DNA of 64,000 bases, taken from positions 1,550,001-1,614,000 of the forward strand of contig OZ251223.1 of the NCBI GenBank assembly GCA_965240325.2. The letters are read 5' to 3'. Shown in pieces: positions 12,780 through 24,375 of this stretch. Under the pieces are notes generated by a model that was given only the letters and a program-made list of their open reading frames with translations, had not been told where the DNA came from and ran no database searches. Position 1 is the stretch's first letter, and every line of letters begins with the position of its first letter. This stretch comes from Rebecca billardiae RCC1528 (lineage: Eukaryota > Protista > Haptophyta). Both the position numbers and the translations under genes were made by a program.

Positions 12780-13895
12780 CTATTCTCGCTTCGTCCCCTG
12801 CTCGGCGGTAGGCGCAGTGCGAGCGGTGGCGCCGCGGATGGCCTGCAGGAACGCGCCAGCGCCCGAGGCCCTCGGCGTCTCGATCTCTGCGGCGCCAGCA
12901 GCTGCAGCAGCGTCGGCCGCATCCTTCGCCGCCTGGGCCGCGTCATCCTTAGCGCTAATTGAGCGCTTCATCCAGGCGCCCTTCGCCGACGCCGTCTGCA
13001 TCAGCACGTACGCGCGCTGGTTGTCCCGCAGCGTGCCCAGCAGCTGCCGCGTCGCCTCGCTCGCAGGCCCCACGTTCCACACGCCCGAGAACGGGTCCGC
13101 CAGGTCGGCAATCACCAGGTCGATCAGGACGGAGGTGCCGCTCACCGTGGCGAAGATGACGGCCTCAAGGTGGGAGTGGGCTAGGTCGACGAGGAGGAAC
13201 GAGCCCACCACGAGCACCACCACCACGCGCAGCGTCCACCAGTGCTCCGTCGGCAGCTGCGCCGTCATCTGCGACATGCGCCCGCTGCGCGTGGACGTCA
13301 GGTCGTAGATCGCATCGGTCGCCTTCTCAAAGTGCACCGCCATGGCCGGCTGCAGCTCCGGGCTGATCTGGCCGAGGACGACGCCGAGGCGCTCGACCAC
13401 GCTGTACAGCTCGGCGACGCTCCCCAGCTGCTTCACGTCGCCGTACGTCGCGCTCTCGTCCAGGCTGCGCAGCAGCTCCTCGCCGTACGCGTAGGTGGCA
13501 TCGCACATGGCCTGCGTGTCCTGCGGCTTGGCGTGCTTGCAGAGCATGCGGCAGCAGTCGAGGAAGCGTTGGAGCGTGGCGATCTCGCGGAAGACGCTTT
13601 CCTGGATTGCACCATTCCTGTCAAAGTAGTACTGGTACATCTGGCAGCAGATCAACGAGTGGAAGAGCGCTGTGAGCGTCATGAACGGAGAGAACGCGTC
13701 CACGCCCGAGCCAAGGCCAGCCGCGTGCCGGACGAAGGGCGCGAGGTACAGATGCACGCTGTAGGCCACGACCGTCACGAGGAAGGACAGCGTGAACGGC
13801 CAATTCAGCTGTCGCATCAGCGGCGGCACCATGACGTCCAGAGATGTGCGACGAGTCGTCGACTTCCGTTCGCTGGCGGGGCAGTCTTCATGCAT
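12780..13895 (-). CDS. Bestrophin-like/DUF4239-type membrane protein
   Basis: Two N-terminal TM helices, a helical soluble domain, two further TMs, then the DLADPFSGVWNV motif. Confidence 0.6.
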   Translation of the reverse strand: MHEDCPASERKSTTRRTSLDVMVPPLMRQLNWPFTLSFLVTVVAYSVHLYLAPFVRHAAGLGSGVDAFSPFMTLTALFHSLICCQMYQYYFDRNGAIQESVFREIATLQRFLDCCRMLCKHAKPQDTQAMCDATYAYGEELLRSLDESATYGDVKQLGSVAELYSVVERLGVVLGQISPELQPAMAVHFEKATDAIYDLTSTRSGRMSQMTAQLPTEHWWTLRVVVVLVVGSFLLVDLAHSHLEAVIFATVSGTSVLIDLVIADLADPFSGVWNVGPASEATRQLLGTLRDNQRAYVLMQTASAKGAWMKRSISAKDDAAQAAKDAADAAAAAGAAEIETPRASGAGAFLQAIRGATARTAPTAEQGTKRE

Positions 13896-14151
13896 GATAT
13901 GGATCTGAATGACAGCGTTGCTGTGACATTCATGCCGTTCCCGAACTAGCCTGTCGCTCGCTACCCTCGAACTGTACTTACAGTACTATCATACTGTACT
14001 ACTAGCTTACCAGGGGGTAATTCTGTAGTACCGGGCACACTCCATGCTGCCACATGTCGCCACGGCGACCGAGCGATGCTGTGCTGTGCTGTGCGCGCTC
14101 TGCCGCGCATGCTCGACGCTTCCGTTCGCCGCCCGGAGAAAGGCACGCGCC

Positions 14152-16260
14152 TCACAGGGCCTCGACCGTCGGCAGGCCGAGCACGCTGAGCACGACGCGC
14201 AGCGTGTTTGCGGTGACCGTGCACAGCGCGGCGCGCGAGAGGCGAAGCTCGTCGCTCGGCGCCTTGAGCACCGGACACGCCTCGTAGAACTGGTTGAACT
14301 TGCCGCTCAGCTCGAACACGTACTCGCACAGCCTGTGCGGCAGCAGGTCCTCCTCGACCTGCCGCCACGGGGGGCGCGAGGGCACCGGCGAGCGAGCCGC
14401 GCGCGCGTCGGGCGCGGGGCGTGTTTTCATGCGCGCACGCCGCGCGCGTCCGTCGGCGGCGAGGGCGCGCACTGCGCACAAGCGCACCTGATCGAGGACC
14501 TCGGGCAGGCGCACGAGGTGCATGGCGAGCGCCGACTCCTCGGGCGTGTCGAGCATGATCTTCGGCGCGGCGCCCGCGCTCCCTCCGCGCAGCAGCTCCT
14601 CGCCGCCCGCCTTGCGCCGGATGCCCGAGATGCGCGCATACGCGTACAGCATGTAGGGCGCAGTGTTGCCGCTCAGAGAGAGCATCTTTTTGTACGAGAA
14701 CTTGTAGTTGGAGTTGCGGTTCATCGAGAGGTCGGCGTACTTGACGGCGGCGATGCCGATCGTCTGCGCCAGCGCGTCCACGTCGAGCGCACCGTCCCCC
14801 TCCGCCTGCCGCGCGGCCACGTCCTCGCGCGCGATGCGCACCGCCTCGTCAAGCAGGTCTGCAAGCCGCACCGTCTCGCCCGAGCGCGTCTTGAACTTCT
14901 TGCCGTCCTCGCCCAGGACCAGGCCGAAGGGCACGTGGGTGAGCTCGACGGCGGGGCCGACGAGCCCGGCGCGCCGCGCCGCGTCGAACACCTGCGCGAA
15001 GTGCAGCGCCTGCCCCGAGTCCGTCACGTACAGCACGCGCTCCGCGCCCTCGACGGTGGCGCGGTGCACAATGGCCGCCAGGTCGGTCGTCGAATACATG
15101 TAGCCGCCGTCGCTCTTCACGACGATCAGCGGCGGCGGCGGCTTCTCCTTGCCCTCCGCGGTGGCGGCGGCGGCGGGGTCGTGGCCCTCGGGGAACACCA
15201 CCCGCGCGCCGTCCGACTCGACCAGCACGCCCGCCTCCTCCAGCGCGCGCACCACGTCGTCGAGCCCCGAGTTGTAGAAGGACTCCCCGCGCTCCTCCAG
15301 CCTCTCGTCCACGCCGAGCGTTCGATAGATCTTCTCAAACTCGACGCGCGACTTGGCGCAGAGCGCGCGCCACGCGGCGAGCGAGTCGCGGTCCCCGGCC
15401 TGCAGCGCGACGACCGCGCCGCGCGACTCCGTCTGGAACCCCTCGTCCTCGTCGAACCGCCTCTTCGCCGCCTTGTAGAAGCTGACGAGATCGCCGAGAT
15501 CGAGGTCGAGCGCCCTGTCCTCGGACGCGGCCGCGATCGCCTCGGGCGCGACCTCGCGCAGGTAGGTGATGAGCATGCCGAACTGCGTGCCCCAGTCGCC
15601 GACGTGGTTGAGCCGGAGGACCGAGTGCCCCTGCAGCTCGAGCAGCCGCGCCAGCGCGTCGCCGATCACCGTCGAGCGCAGGTGCCCCACGTGCATCTCC
15701 TTGGCGATGTTGGGAGACGAGTAGTCGACGACGACGCGCTTCGCCGGCTTGCGCGGCAGCGCGAGCCGCTCCTCGTCGGCGAGCATCTCGGCGAGGCGGT
15801 GGGCGAGGGCGTCGGGGCGGACGCGGATGTTCAGGAACCCCGGCCCGGCGATCTCCGGCTCGACGCACAGCTCGCCCAGCTCGGCCGCCTCGACGAGCTC
15901 GACGGCGACGTCTCGAGGCTTCTTGCCGACGCGCTTGGCGAGCGACATCGCGGCGTTGCACTGGTAGTCGCCGAAGGCGGCCTTCGTCGCCGGTGCGACC
16001 AGGGGGTCGATGTCGCGCAGCTCCTCCCCGTACTGCGCCACGATCGCAGCGCGCATCCGCTCAGTCAGCCACGCTTTGACGTTCGCAACGCCAGCCGATG
16101 CCTGCTCGCTGCCCGACGCCGCCTCGCGCGCGGGCGGTGCGGCGGTGAGGCGGTGGCCCGAGCGCGCGCGCGATACAGCGCGCGTGACAAACGAGCTATA
16201 CGCTTGCAACGCCGCCGAAGGCCGGGCGATGGCGAGCATGACCACCAGCACGAGTCGCAT
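14152..16260 (-). CDS. argS: Arginyl-tRNA synthetase, probably plastid/organelle-targeted; one intron near 14361-14487
   Basis: VDYSSPNIAKEMHVGHLRSTVIGD (HIGH-type), NHVGDWGTQFGML, KFKTRSG, GNTAPYMLYAYARI. Start MRLVLVVMLAIARPSAALQAY resembles a signal plus transit peptide. Confidence 0.95.
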   Translation of the reverse strand: MRLVLVVMLAIARPSAALQAYSSFVTRAVSRARSGHRLTAAPPAREAASGSEQASAGVANVKAWLTERMRAAIVAQYGEELRDIDPLVAPATKAAFGDYQCNAAMSLAKRVGKKPRDVAVELVEAAELGELCVEPEIAGPGFLNIRVRPDALAHRLAEMLADEERLALPRKPAKRVVVDYSSPNIAKEMHVGHLRSTVIGDALARLLELQGHSVLRLNHVGDWGTQFGMLITYLREVAPEAIAAASEDRALDLDLGDLVSFYKAAKRRFDEDEGFQTESRGAVVALQAGDRDSLAAWRALCAKSRVEFEKIYRTLGVDERLEERGESFYNSGLDDVVRALEEAGVLVESDGARVVFPEGHDPAAAATAEGKEKPPPPLIVVKSDGGYMYSTTDLAAIVHRATVEGAERVLYVTDSGQALHFAQVFDAARRAGLVGPAVELTHVPFGLVLGEDGKKFKTRSGETVRLADLLDEAVRIAREDVAARQAEGDGALDVDALAQTIGIAAVKYADLSMNRNSNYKFSYKKMLSLSGNTAPYMLYAYARISGIRRKAGGEELLRGGSAGAAPKIMLDTPEESALAMHLVRLPEVLDQVRLCAVRALAADGRARRARMKTRPAPDARAARSPVPSRPPWRQVEEDLLPHRLCEYVFELSGKFNQFYEACPVLKAPSDELRLSRAALCTVTANTLRVVLSVLGLPTVEAL

Positions 16261-16344
16261 CCCACAACGCACGGGCGTGGTGATGACCTGTCGGACGGCC
16301 GCGTGCCCGCGGATGCGAAAGCAGAGGCGGCCAAGACAGTCAGC

Positions 16345-17154
16345 ATGGCGGCCGGCACGGACGCCCTGCAGCGATGGCTGCTCGAAGAGCCGGAATGCGA
16401 GCTCGAGCTCGTGAGCTCGGACAGCGCACGTGAGCGCAGGTGGCCAGTCGTGCCCGAGCGCCCTTGCTCGCCGCCGTCGCCAGACGATGGGGCGGCACCC
16501 GAGACGGTGAGCGCGGCGAGCGGGAGTACCGACGGTCTCGCCGCCGATCCGGATGACTTGCGGTGGCGCGCCTGGCTCGCAGAGCGAGGGCACGACGTCG
16601 TCGTGCACGACGGGAATGTGCACCGCTATGCGCGTATGCGCAGACCGGCCGAGAGCGTGGCGCCTCCTGCGCCGCGCGCGCCTGAGGAGGATCCATGGGA
16701 TGCCATTCAAGCACCGCCACCAGGCATGGGTGCCAAAGGCGAGAAGCACGCGTGGACGCAGACCGTCCAATGGGTGGAGCTCTGCGTGCCGCTGCCACAC
16801 GGCACGCGTGCTCGCGATCTGCTCGTCGGTATCGGCAAGACGCGGGTGCGCGTCCAGCTCAAAGGCGCCCCTTCGGCTCTGCTCAATGCCGAGCTCGCAC
16901 GACCTGTGTACGTCGGTGATGGCGCGGGCGAGGCGGGGTCGAGCTGGGAGCTGATCGATCGTCGGCTGCTGGCGCTCCATCTCAACAAGTGGCACTCGCG
17001 AGAGCGTGCCAACTGCCGCGACGCCACAGAGACATGGTGGCCGGCGTGCTTTGCAGACGAGCCGCCATGCGCAGCTCGACCGCCAGTGGAATACTATGCC
17101 ACGAGGGAGTCGGAGGGCTGGCACCTTGACGGTGGGATCAAGTTTGCCGGCTGA
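16345..17154 (+). CDS. CS (p23/NudC-like) domain protein
   Basis: HAWTQTVQWVELCVPLP..RDLLVGIGKTRVRV..LLNAELARPV..SSWEL..LHLNK..WWPACF. Confidence 0.78.
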   Translation: MAAGTDALQRWLLEEPECELELVSSDSARERRWPVVPERPCSPPSPDDGAAPETVSAASGSTDGLAADPDDLRWRAWLAERGHDVVVHDGNVHRYARMRRPAESVAPPAPRAPEEDPWDAIQAPPPGMGAKGEKHAWTQTVQWVELCVPLPHGTRARDLLVGIGKTRVRVQLKGAPSALLNAELARPVYVGDGAGEAGSSWELIDRRLLALHLNKWHSRERANCRDATETWWPACFADEPPCAARPPVEYYATRESEGWHLDGGIKFAG

Positions 17155-17403
17155 CCCTGCGAGCCGCAGACCCGACCCGCGGGGCGCGCGGGAGACCCGC
17201 TTCGGTTGACAAGAATAGGACTGGCAGGCCGCAGTAGACCGTAACAGTCTGCTACTGTCGAGGGGAGTTGCTGCCGGTACCAGTAATTCGCACGCTCAGC
17301 GCGCTCGGAGCTCTCGTCTCGAAGAAGACCGCTCGAAGACTCGGGAACTTGCGGCAGCCAGTGGCAATCGGTCGTCAGACTCCTACTAAGTACTACGTGA
17401 TCG

Positions 17404-19038
17404 ATGGCGTCGTCGGCATCGGTCGCGCGGAGACTCACTCACATTGCTCCCTTTCGCAGTCCTACGCCGGTCTGGGCAGGCGTGCGCGCATCGCACCTGC
17501 GAGGCTTGTCGGCATGGTCTGCGTGCGCGCACTCCCACCTGCCTCGAGATCGCTACGCACCAGTCGCACCGTCGCCATACACCGCCGTGGAGCGCCGATC
17601 GGAGCAGGTGGAGACGCGGCGCACGCTCGCCGAGCAATGCACAGTTACCGAAGCGCCCCCAACGTTCGCTCGGCAGATCGTGCGCGCCATCTTCGCGTGG
17701 GCAAGGCTATGCCAGCTGCTCCTCCGCTTCGGGCCCCTCGTCGCGACCTCGTGGGTGCTCTTCCTGCCGGAGTCGTCGCTCACTGCCGCGCTCGCCGTGC
17801 GCTGGTGGCGCGCGCTGCGGGCGCGCGTGGAGCGCTCTGGCCCGTGCTTCATCAAGCTGGCCCAGTGGGCGAGCAGCCGGCCGGACCTCTTCTCGCCCAC
17901 GGTGACGGCACTCTTCGAGGACGTCACCGACCGCGTGCGGCCGCACCCGCTGCCTGCCACGCACGCGGCTCTCACGCGCGCGTTCGGCCCAGCCTGGTCG
18001 GACTCGCTCGAGCTCGCGGCCGAGCCCCTGGGGAGCGGGTGCATCGCGCAGGTCTACCGCGCGGAGCTCGGCGTCGGCGGGGCAGAGCGCGTGCCCGTCG
18101 CCGTGAAGGTCGTGCACCCGGGCGTGCGCGAGCTCATCTCCACCGACCTCGCGCTCATCTCGCTCGCCGGCCGGCTGCTGTCGATGGTGCCGGGCGCAGC
18201 GCTGCTCGACCCCGTCGGCATCGGCCTGGAGTTTGGGCGGGCGATGACGATGCAGCTCGACCTGGAGGTGGAGGCGCGCAACCTAGAGGACCTGGCGCAC
18301 AACTTCCGGGACCACGCCAGCGTGCTGATCCCCATGCCCATCCGGCCGTGGGTCACGCGCGACGTGCTGGTCGAAGAGCTTGTGCAGGGCGCGCCTGTGC
18401 TCGAGTGCACGCGCTCGCCCGCGCGGCGCAAGCTCGCGAGGGTGGGCCTCGAGGCGGTGCTCAAGATGCTCTTCGTGGACAACCTGGTGCACGCCGACCT
18501 GCACCCGGGCAACATCCTCGTCGTCGACGACGACGGCGCCGGCGGCGTCGCGCGCCTCGCCTTCCTCGACGCGGGCATCGTCAAGCGCATCGAGCCGGCG
18601 GCCTTCCGCACCGTGATCGGCGTCCTCGGCGCGATGATCCACTACGACGGCCGCGCGGCGGGGGAGCTCATCATCGGGCACGCGCGCGTGCCGCGGGCGG
18701 GGGAGGACACGGGCGCGTTCTGCGAGGGGATCGACGCGATCGTGCAGCACGCGCGCCGGCCGGACGTCAACTTCTTCGACCACATCGGCAGCTACATCCA
18801 CGCGATCCTCGGGCTGGCGTGGCGGCACCACGTGCAGCTCGATCCAAACTTTGTGGCGGTCGCGCTCGCCGTGCGCGTGGTCGAGGGCATCGCGCACCAG
18901 CTCGACCCAGAGATCCAAGTGGCGCCTCTCTGCCGCCCGTACTACTACCGGGCGGTCGCCGACAACATCGATCTGCGCGGGCTCTCCTTGTTTGGCCACG
19001 TGGCCTCGGAAAGCTCGCGTGACGATCCCTCGTCCTGA
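17404..19038 (+). CDS. ABC1/UbiB atypical kinase, ADCK2-like
   Basis: GPCFIKLAQWASSRPDLF, PLGSGCIAQVYRA, VAVKV, QLDLEVEA, VHADLHPGNI, FLDAGIV. Confidence 0.93.
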   Translation: MASSASVARRLTHIAPFRSPTPVWAGVRASHLRGLSAWSACAHSHLPRDRYAPVAPSPYTAVERRSEQVETRRTLAEQCTVTEAPPTFARQIVRAIFAWARLCQLLLRFGPLVATSWVLFLPESSLTAALAVRWWRALRARVERSGPCFIKLAQWASSRPDLFSPTVTALFEDVTDRVRPHPLPATHAALTRAFGPAWSDSLELAAEPLGSGCIAQVYRAELGVGGAERVPVAVKVVHPGVRELISTDLALISLAGRLLSMVPGAALLDPVGIGLEFGRAMTMQLDLEVEARNLEDLAHNFRDHASVLIPMPIRPWVTRDVLVEELVQGAPVLECTRSPARRKLARVGLEAVLKMLFVDNLVHADLHPGNILVVDDDGAGGVARLAFLDAGIVKRIEPAAFRTVIGVLGAMIHYDGRAAGELIIGHARVPRAGEDTGAFCEGIDAIVQHARRPDVNFFDHIGSYIHAILGLAWRHHVQLDPNFVAVALAVRVVEGIAHQLDPEIQVAPLCRPYYYRAVADNIDLRGLSLFGHVASESSRDDPSS

Positions 19039-19425
19039 TATCTGATCGCGATCTTGTGCGGCGTGCCGCCCGCGCGCAGCGGCCACTACTGCTGGTCAAC
19101 TGAACGTAGAGGCGAGGACTTGGCAGCAGACGATCTGACGCTGCTACTACCCGACGATGACTACACCGTCGTTATCATCGTCCGCGTTTTCGGACTGACG
19201 ATATGCGACGACGACTCCGTGAGGACGTAATAAATTATAATTAATATAATAATAAATAATATGCGCTAGCTGCGCCGGCGCATCATTATGACGCGACTGC
19301 TGCTCGATCCAGCAGCATCAATAACGATGATGATGACGAATATATATATATGCGCGCGATACGTACGTCGGAGCTATAGATATATATTCACAGATGAGTG
19401 TCAGCGCGTCGGGAGTCACTCACGA

Positions 19426-22400
19426 CTACGAGTACGCCTCGAGCGTCTCGCACGTGTCTGCGCCATAGTACTCCACCCACATCCCCTGCGTGCGGATCTT
19501 GCCGGTGACCGCACGGACGATGCGCGCCGGGACGCTCAAGTGCGAGTTCATCGCGACAAAGAGCTGCACATCCTGCGCCATGGTCTCCGAAGCGAACCCC
19601 CCCGCCACGTTCTGCAGCACGCTGCCGAAGCCGTACGCGCCGCCGCCGCCGCCCGAGAGCGAGAGAGTCGCCACGTTGCGCTGCGCAGCGCGCGCCCGAC
19701 GGGCCCGACGGCCGGGCCGGGGGGTGCGCGGTGAGACGGGGCGGCGGCGCGGCGGCGCGGGCGCGGCGGCGCGGGGCACGGCGCGCGTGCTCGCGCGCGC
19801 GCACCTTTGCAAACTCCCACACCTTGTTCCGCGCGCCCGGCACGAACACGGAGCCGGCGAGCGCCGCGATCATAGACGTGCAGTCCTGCGGTCGGATGAG
19901 CGACGGGTCGAGGACGAGCCCGAGGGTCGAGTTGAGGAGCTCGTCGGTGGGCGCCCTGGCGAGCGCGGCCATGAGGGACACGCGGTACGCGGGGTCGGTC
20001 GCGCGGCGCAGCTGCGCGAGCACCAGCCGCCAGCACTTCCCCGAGCGGTCGAACGCGGTGCACAGCTCGAGCACCACGCCGCGCAAGTCTGCGCTGATCT
20101 GGCCGATGGCGGCGCACTCGTCCTCGGGCGCGCTCAGGCAGGGCGAGAGCGCCTTGTACGCCCACACGCCGACGCGCGAGTCCTGCATGGCGGAGGCGAG
20201 CGCGAGCAGCACCGGCGGCGTCAGCTCCTCCAGCTGCGAGCGGTGCGCCGTCACCTGCTCCGCCGCCGCGTCGTCCGCCTCGTCCTCCACGTCCGCGGCG
20301 GGCGCGTGCCGCCCGTTCAGATGGGGGTACTTGCGGTTCGCCCCTCGCACGTGCTTGTGCGCCGGGCGGAAGTGGTGGTGGGTCGGGCCCGAGGGCGGCG
20401 CGGAGAGGAGCTGGTCGAGCGCGCGGCCGATCACCTGCGCGCGCACGAAGCGGCGCAGCTCCGCCGGGCAGCGCGGCGGCACCCCCACGAGCTCGCCCGT
20501 GATCGACTCGAAGCGGCCGCGCTCGGCCGCGTCGGTGATGAGGCTGAGGAACAGGTACAGACCCTGGCTCACGGCGCGCCAGGACTCGTACGCGGCGGAG
20601 ACGGGCGTGGACTCGTGCGCGGTGCGCACGCCGAGCGCGCGCGAGAGCCGCAGCGTCACGTGGCTCAGCCGGCCGTCGAGCGTCAGCGCGAACGCGTCGT
20701 CGATCAGGTTGGCGAGGTCGGCATCACTCAGCCGGTCCGGAATCTCCGCCGCCTCCGCGAGCCGCGCCCAGAGGTGGGGCGGGTAATTGACACGGTAGTA
20801 GCCCGCGCCGTTGATGTTGACCTTGAGCCAGTCGACGCCCTCGGGGTCGAAGCCGCCCAGGTGCTTCCGCGTCGGCGGCACCGAGAAGAAGGTCGACGTC
20901 GACTCGATCTCGCCCGTGCGCACCTGCTCGTTGTTGGACGTGATGTACGTGAGCGGAACAAACCACGACGGCCAGTCGGCGGTCGTCAGCCCGCCCGCCT
21001 TCCCGCCGAAGGCGATCTGGTCGGAGGTGAGGTCCTGCACGAAGCGGCCGGTCTGCATGAGCACGGCGCTCCCGTCCGAGAGCGACGTCACCTCGATCAG
21101 CGGGTATCCCGCCTGGCCGAACCACGGGTCGACCCAGTCGGCGACCGGGCGGTGGCACGCGTCGCCCACGTGCTTCCAGAGCTGTGCACCGCCCGCCGTG
21201 CCGTACTGGTGGTGGGCGAGGTAGCCGCGCAGCCCCTCGTAGAAGCAGCCGCGCTGCGCGCGCTCGAGGTAGTCGTGCAGCATGTAGATCACCGCGCCCG
21301 CCTTGTCGTAGCTGATCGCGTCGAAGAGCGACGAGACCGCCGAGTCGCTCGTGATCCGCACGACCATCCGAACCGCGTGCGTGTCGGGCGAGCCGTCCAC
21401 CTTGAGCGCGCGCGAGAGGTACGTGACGTGCTGCTTGATCACCTGGAGGTCGGGCTGCACGAACTGCGTGACCGCCTGCTCGAAGTAGTTCGCGAAGCCC
21501 TCGTTGAGCCACAGCTCGTTCCACCACTTCATCGTCACCAGGTTGCCGAACCACTGCGGGCGGCCGCGCGCGCGAGAGCGCGACAGAGGGAGAGACCGGG
21601 GCACGGCCGTGAGGCCAGCGCGGCACGGCGCACACCTGGCGCGCGCACACCGGCGAGCGCGCATGCGCGCGCGCGCGCACGGCGCCCGCCGCGCGAGCGC
21701 GGCGCTCGCGGCGCGCGAGCACGCCCCCGCGCGCGCGCCTGGTGCCCGAGCTCGTGCACGACCGTCGCGGCCACAGACTGGCGCTCCGACGGCGACGAGA
21801 AGTCGTCTGCCAGCACGTTGGTCGCACGGTACGTGATCAGGCCCCAGTTCTCCATCGCGCCCGGGCCGAAGTCCGGGATCGAGACGATGTCGATCTTGGC
21901 GAGGGGGAACGGGAGCGCGAAGATCTCCTCGTAGTGCTGCAGCGCCTCGCGCGCGATGTCCAGCGCGAAGTGCAGCTTGTCCACGCCGGACGTCGCCGCC
22001 GGAGCCCACGCGCTCAGCAGCACGCCCGACTCAGTCGTCGTCGAGATCGCCTCGAGGCGGCCGACGACGAACGCGACGAGGTACGTCGACATGCGCGGCG
22101 AGGTGTCGAAGCGCAGGCGGCGGAGGCGCGGCCCCACCGTCACGTTCACGTCGCGCAGCTCGTCCAGCGTCGCCAGCGTCTCGTTCGCCTCGATGGGCGC
22201 CTCGGAGAGCGCCGGCATGTTGGACAGTCCGACCAGCCCGTCGTCCTCGTCGGGGATGTGGAGCGTGATGGCGAAGGTGGCCTTGAAGCCGGGCTCGTCC
22301 CAGCACGGAAAGGTCTCGCGAGCGGAGGTGGCCTCGTGCTGCGTCGTCGCGATCGAGTGCCACTGCCCCTCCGGCCCCATGTACCGCGAGTGGTACAGGC

Positions 22401-22974
22401 CGGTCAGCTTGTCCTCGAGCGGATACGAGAACGACAGCCGCAGCGTGCCGTTCGTCTCGAGCGGCTTGTTCAGCTTGATCGTGAGCTGCTTCCACGAGCC
22501 GTCGTAGTCGAGCTCGCTCACCGGCTCGAAGCGCTGCCCCTGGTGCGCCATCTCCATCGAGTGGATCACCACGCTCGGATCGACGTGCAGGACGAGGCAC
22601 TTGGGCGGCGCCATCGACTCGTTGCGCGCGACGAGGATGCTCATCCTGCCGAGGACGTCGACGGGGGGCGTGAGCGCCCACATCTCGATGGTGAGGTCGT
22701 AGTGGACGGGCAGCGCGTTGAACGGCAGCCTGTACGAGTCCCACTCGCAGGGAGACGTTGGCTCGTCGTCCGCGTCGGGTGCGCGCAGCAGGGAGCCGCC
22801 AAACCAGCCGTGCAATGTGCCGCCGAGCGCGAGAAGGGCGCATGCAGCGAGTGCAGTCGGACCGAGCCGCCCACATAGACCCGAGCGCGACCGCCGATCG
22901 CGATCCCCGCCTCCCTCGGGGTCTGTGTGGCCCAGCAGGGATGCGTCGGCGCCCGACGCTCCGGCGCCAAGCAT
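19426..22974 (-). CDS. M1 aminopeptidase N-like, type II membrane protein; multi-exon
   Basis: N-terminal TM; YRLP, ARETFPCWDEP..KATF, GAMENWGL, HELGHQ|WFGNLVT..LNEGFA (HExxH..E, split by an intron), YDKAG; ERAP1-like C-terminal region. Confidence 0.94.
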
Positions 22975-23121
22975 AGCCGCGACCGAGGTGTTCGGCCGCG
23001 TACGTAGCAACTTAGCCGTGATGGACGGATTCGTCGCGGGTAAATACCCCTATACTATGACAGCGGAGTACAGAACAGACGACGACTTCGATCACCCGGC
23101 ACCGTTGGCGGGCCAACCACG

Positions 23122-24252
23122 ATGGAGGCTCGACTGGAGGGACACGTCCGGCAGTTACTGCAACGCAAAGACCGCCGTATCGAGGAGCTGCAGGAGGAGA
23201 ATGCTGCGCTGCGCTGTCAGGTGGCGGAGATGCATCGGTTCCTCGCAGACTACGGCCTTCATTGGGTGGGCGAGGAGGAGGAGGAGGAGGAGCAGGAGGA
23301 GGCGGCGGCGGACGAGGAGCACGCCGCCGAGCGGGCGGATGGGCCTGGCTTCGACGTCGACATGGATCGGCTGCGACTGATGGTCGACGAGCTCAATCAG
23401 ATTGCTGGCGACGGTTCCTCCATGGTCGCATCGTTGGGCACGTCCCGAGGCAGCCTCGCAACGCTCGAGCCTGCGACCACCCTCCCGCTCACGTTTTGGC
23501 GCGATGGATTGCAAGTGGGCGACCACCCAGTGCGCGCCTTTACAGACCCAGAGGTCAGAGCGTTCCTCCGTGACCTGTACGACGGGTACTTCCCGTATGA
23601 GATGCGATTTGCCTATCCGGAGGGCACGCGATTCGAGCTACGAGATCGGCTTGGCGTCGACAGCACCTCATTGGAAACAGCGCACAAGTGGGGCAGCGGG
23701 CGCTCGCTCCACTCAGCGGGTGCACGCCCGCCCTCCCTCCCCGCTGCAAGCCGTGATGGGGAAGAGCGCGCGCGCTCCAGGCCGCTGAGCGCCGCACTCG
23801 CGCGGCAGATGGTGCTGCTGCAGGTTCGCGGACCAAACGGCCGCGTAGTCGCGCAGCTGCAGTTGACGGGCTCGGCGACCATCGCGCAGCTCCGGGAGCA
23901 CCTCGTGACGGCTGGCGCCCTGAGTGCGGAGGAGCTCGCCACGGCTGAGCTGCGCACCTCCTACCCGAACCGGATGTACGGTCGTGACCGCGATGGCGAG
24001 ACACTTGTCGAGGCTGGGTTTGCACCGACAGCGACGCTCCATCTACGCGTTCCAGCGGCTGCGGCACCGATGACCAACGACACTGCGGACTTGCCGCAAC
24101 ATCCGCCACAGTGCGAGAGTGACCGTGGTGGCTCGCACGACGGGCTAACACCTGCATCTACATTCTCGCACAGAGATGAGGCCGACGACTCCAGAAGGCG
24201 CGCAGCTCACTCCGGTGGCAGCGCGCATGTCCTGGCTGGTTTGAAACGATGA
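23122..24252 (+). CDS. UBXN11-like SEP/UBX-domain protein
   Basis: Coiled coil, then EMHRFLADYGLHWVG; SEP-like LTFWRDG..FLRDLYDGYFPYE..YPEG; UBX-like ELRTSYPNR..TLVEAGFAPTATLHLR. Confidence 0.85.
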   Translation: MEARLEGHVRQLLQRKDRRIEELQEENAALRCQVAEMHRFLADYGLHWVGEEEEEEEQEEAAADEEHAAERADGPGFDVDMDRLRLMVDELNQIAGDGSSMVASLGTSRGSLATLEPATTLPLTFWRDGLQVGDHPVRAFTDPEVRAFLRDLYDGYFPYEMRFAYPEGTRFELRDRLGVDSTSLETAHKWGSGRSLHSAGARPPSLPAASRDGEERARSRPLSAALARQMVLLQVRGPNGRVVAQLQLTGSATIAQLREHLVTAGALSAEELATAELRTSYPNRMYGRDRDGETLVEAGFAPTATLHLRVPAAAAPMTNDTADLPQHPPQCESDRGGSHDGLTPASTFSHRDEADDSRRRAAHSGGSAHVLAGLKR

Positions 24253-24375
24253 CCCGCATGACGATGTGCGCACGCGCACGCACGCGGGGGCGGCCGCGGG
24301 CCAGCGCGCATCCGGCGATGAGTTCCGAGGCGGATAATAAGTGATGATGATGACGACTAGTTACGATATATACGG

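Noticed and set aside
14044-17154. Apparent 990-aa ArgRS and 1036-aa CS-domain ORFs overlapping each other
   Set aside because: Each is a real gene extended through the antisense of its divergent neighbour; plausible starts are 16260 (-) and 16345 (+). The same applies to 33137-35632 and 33218-35629.
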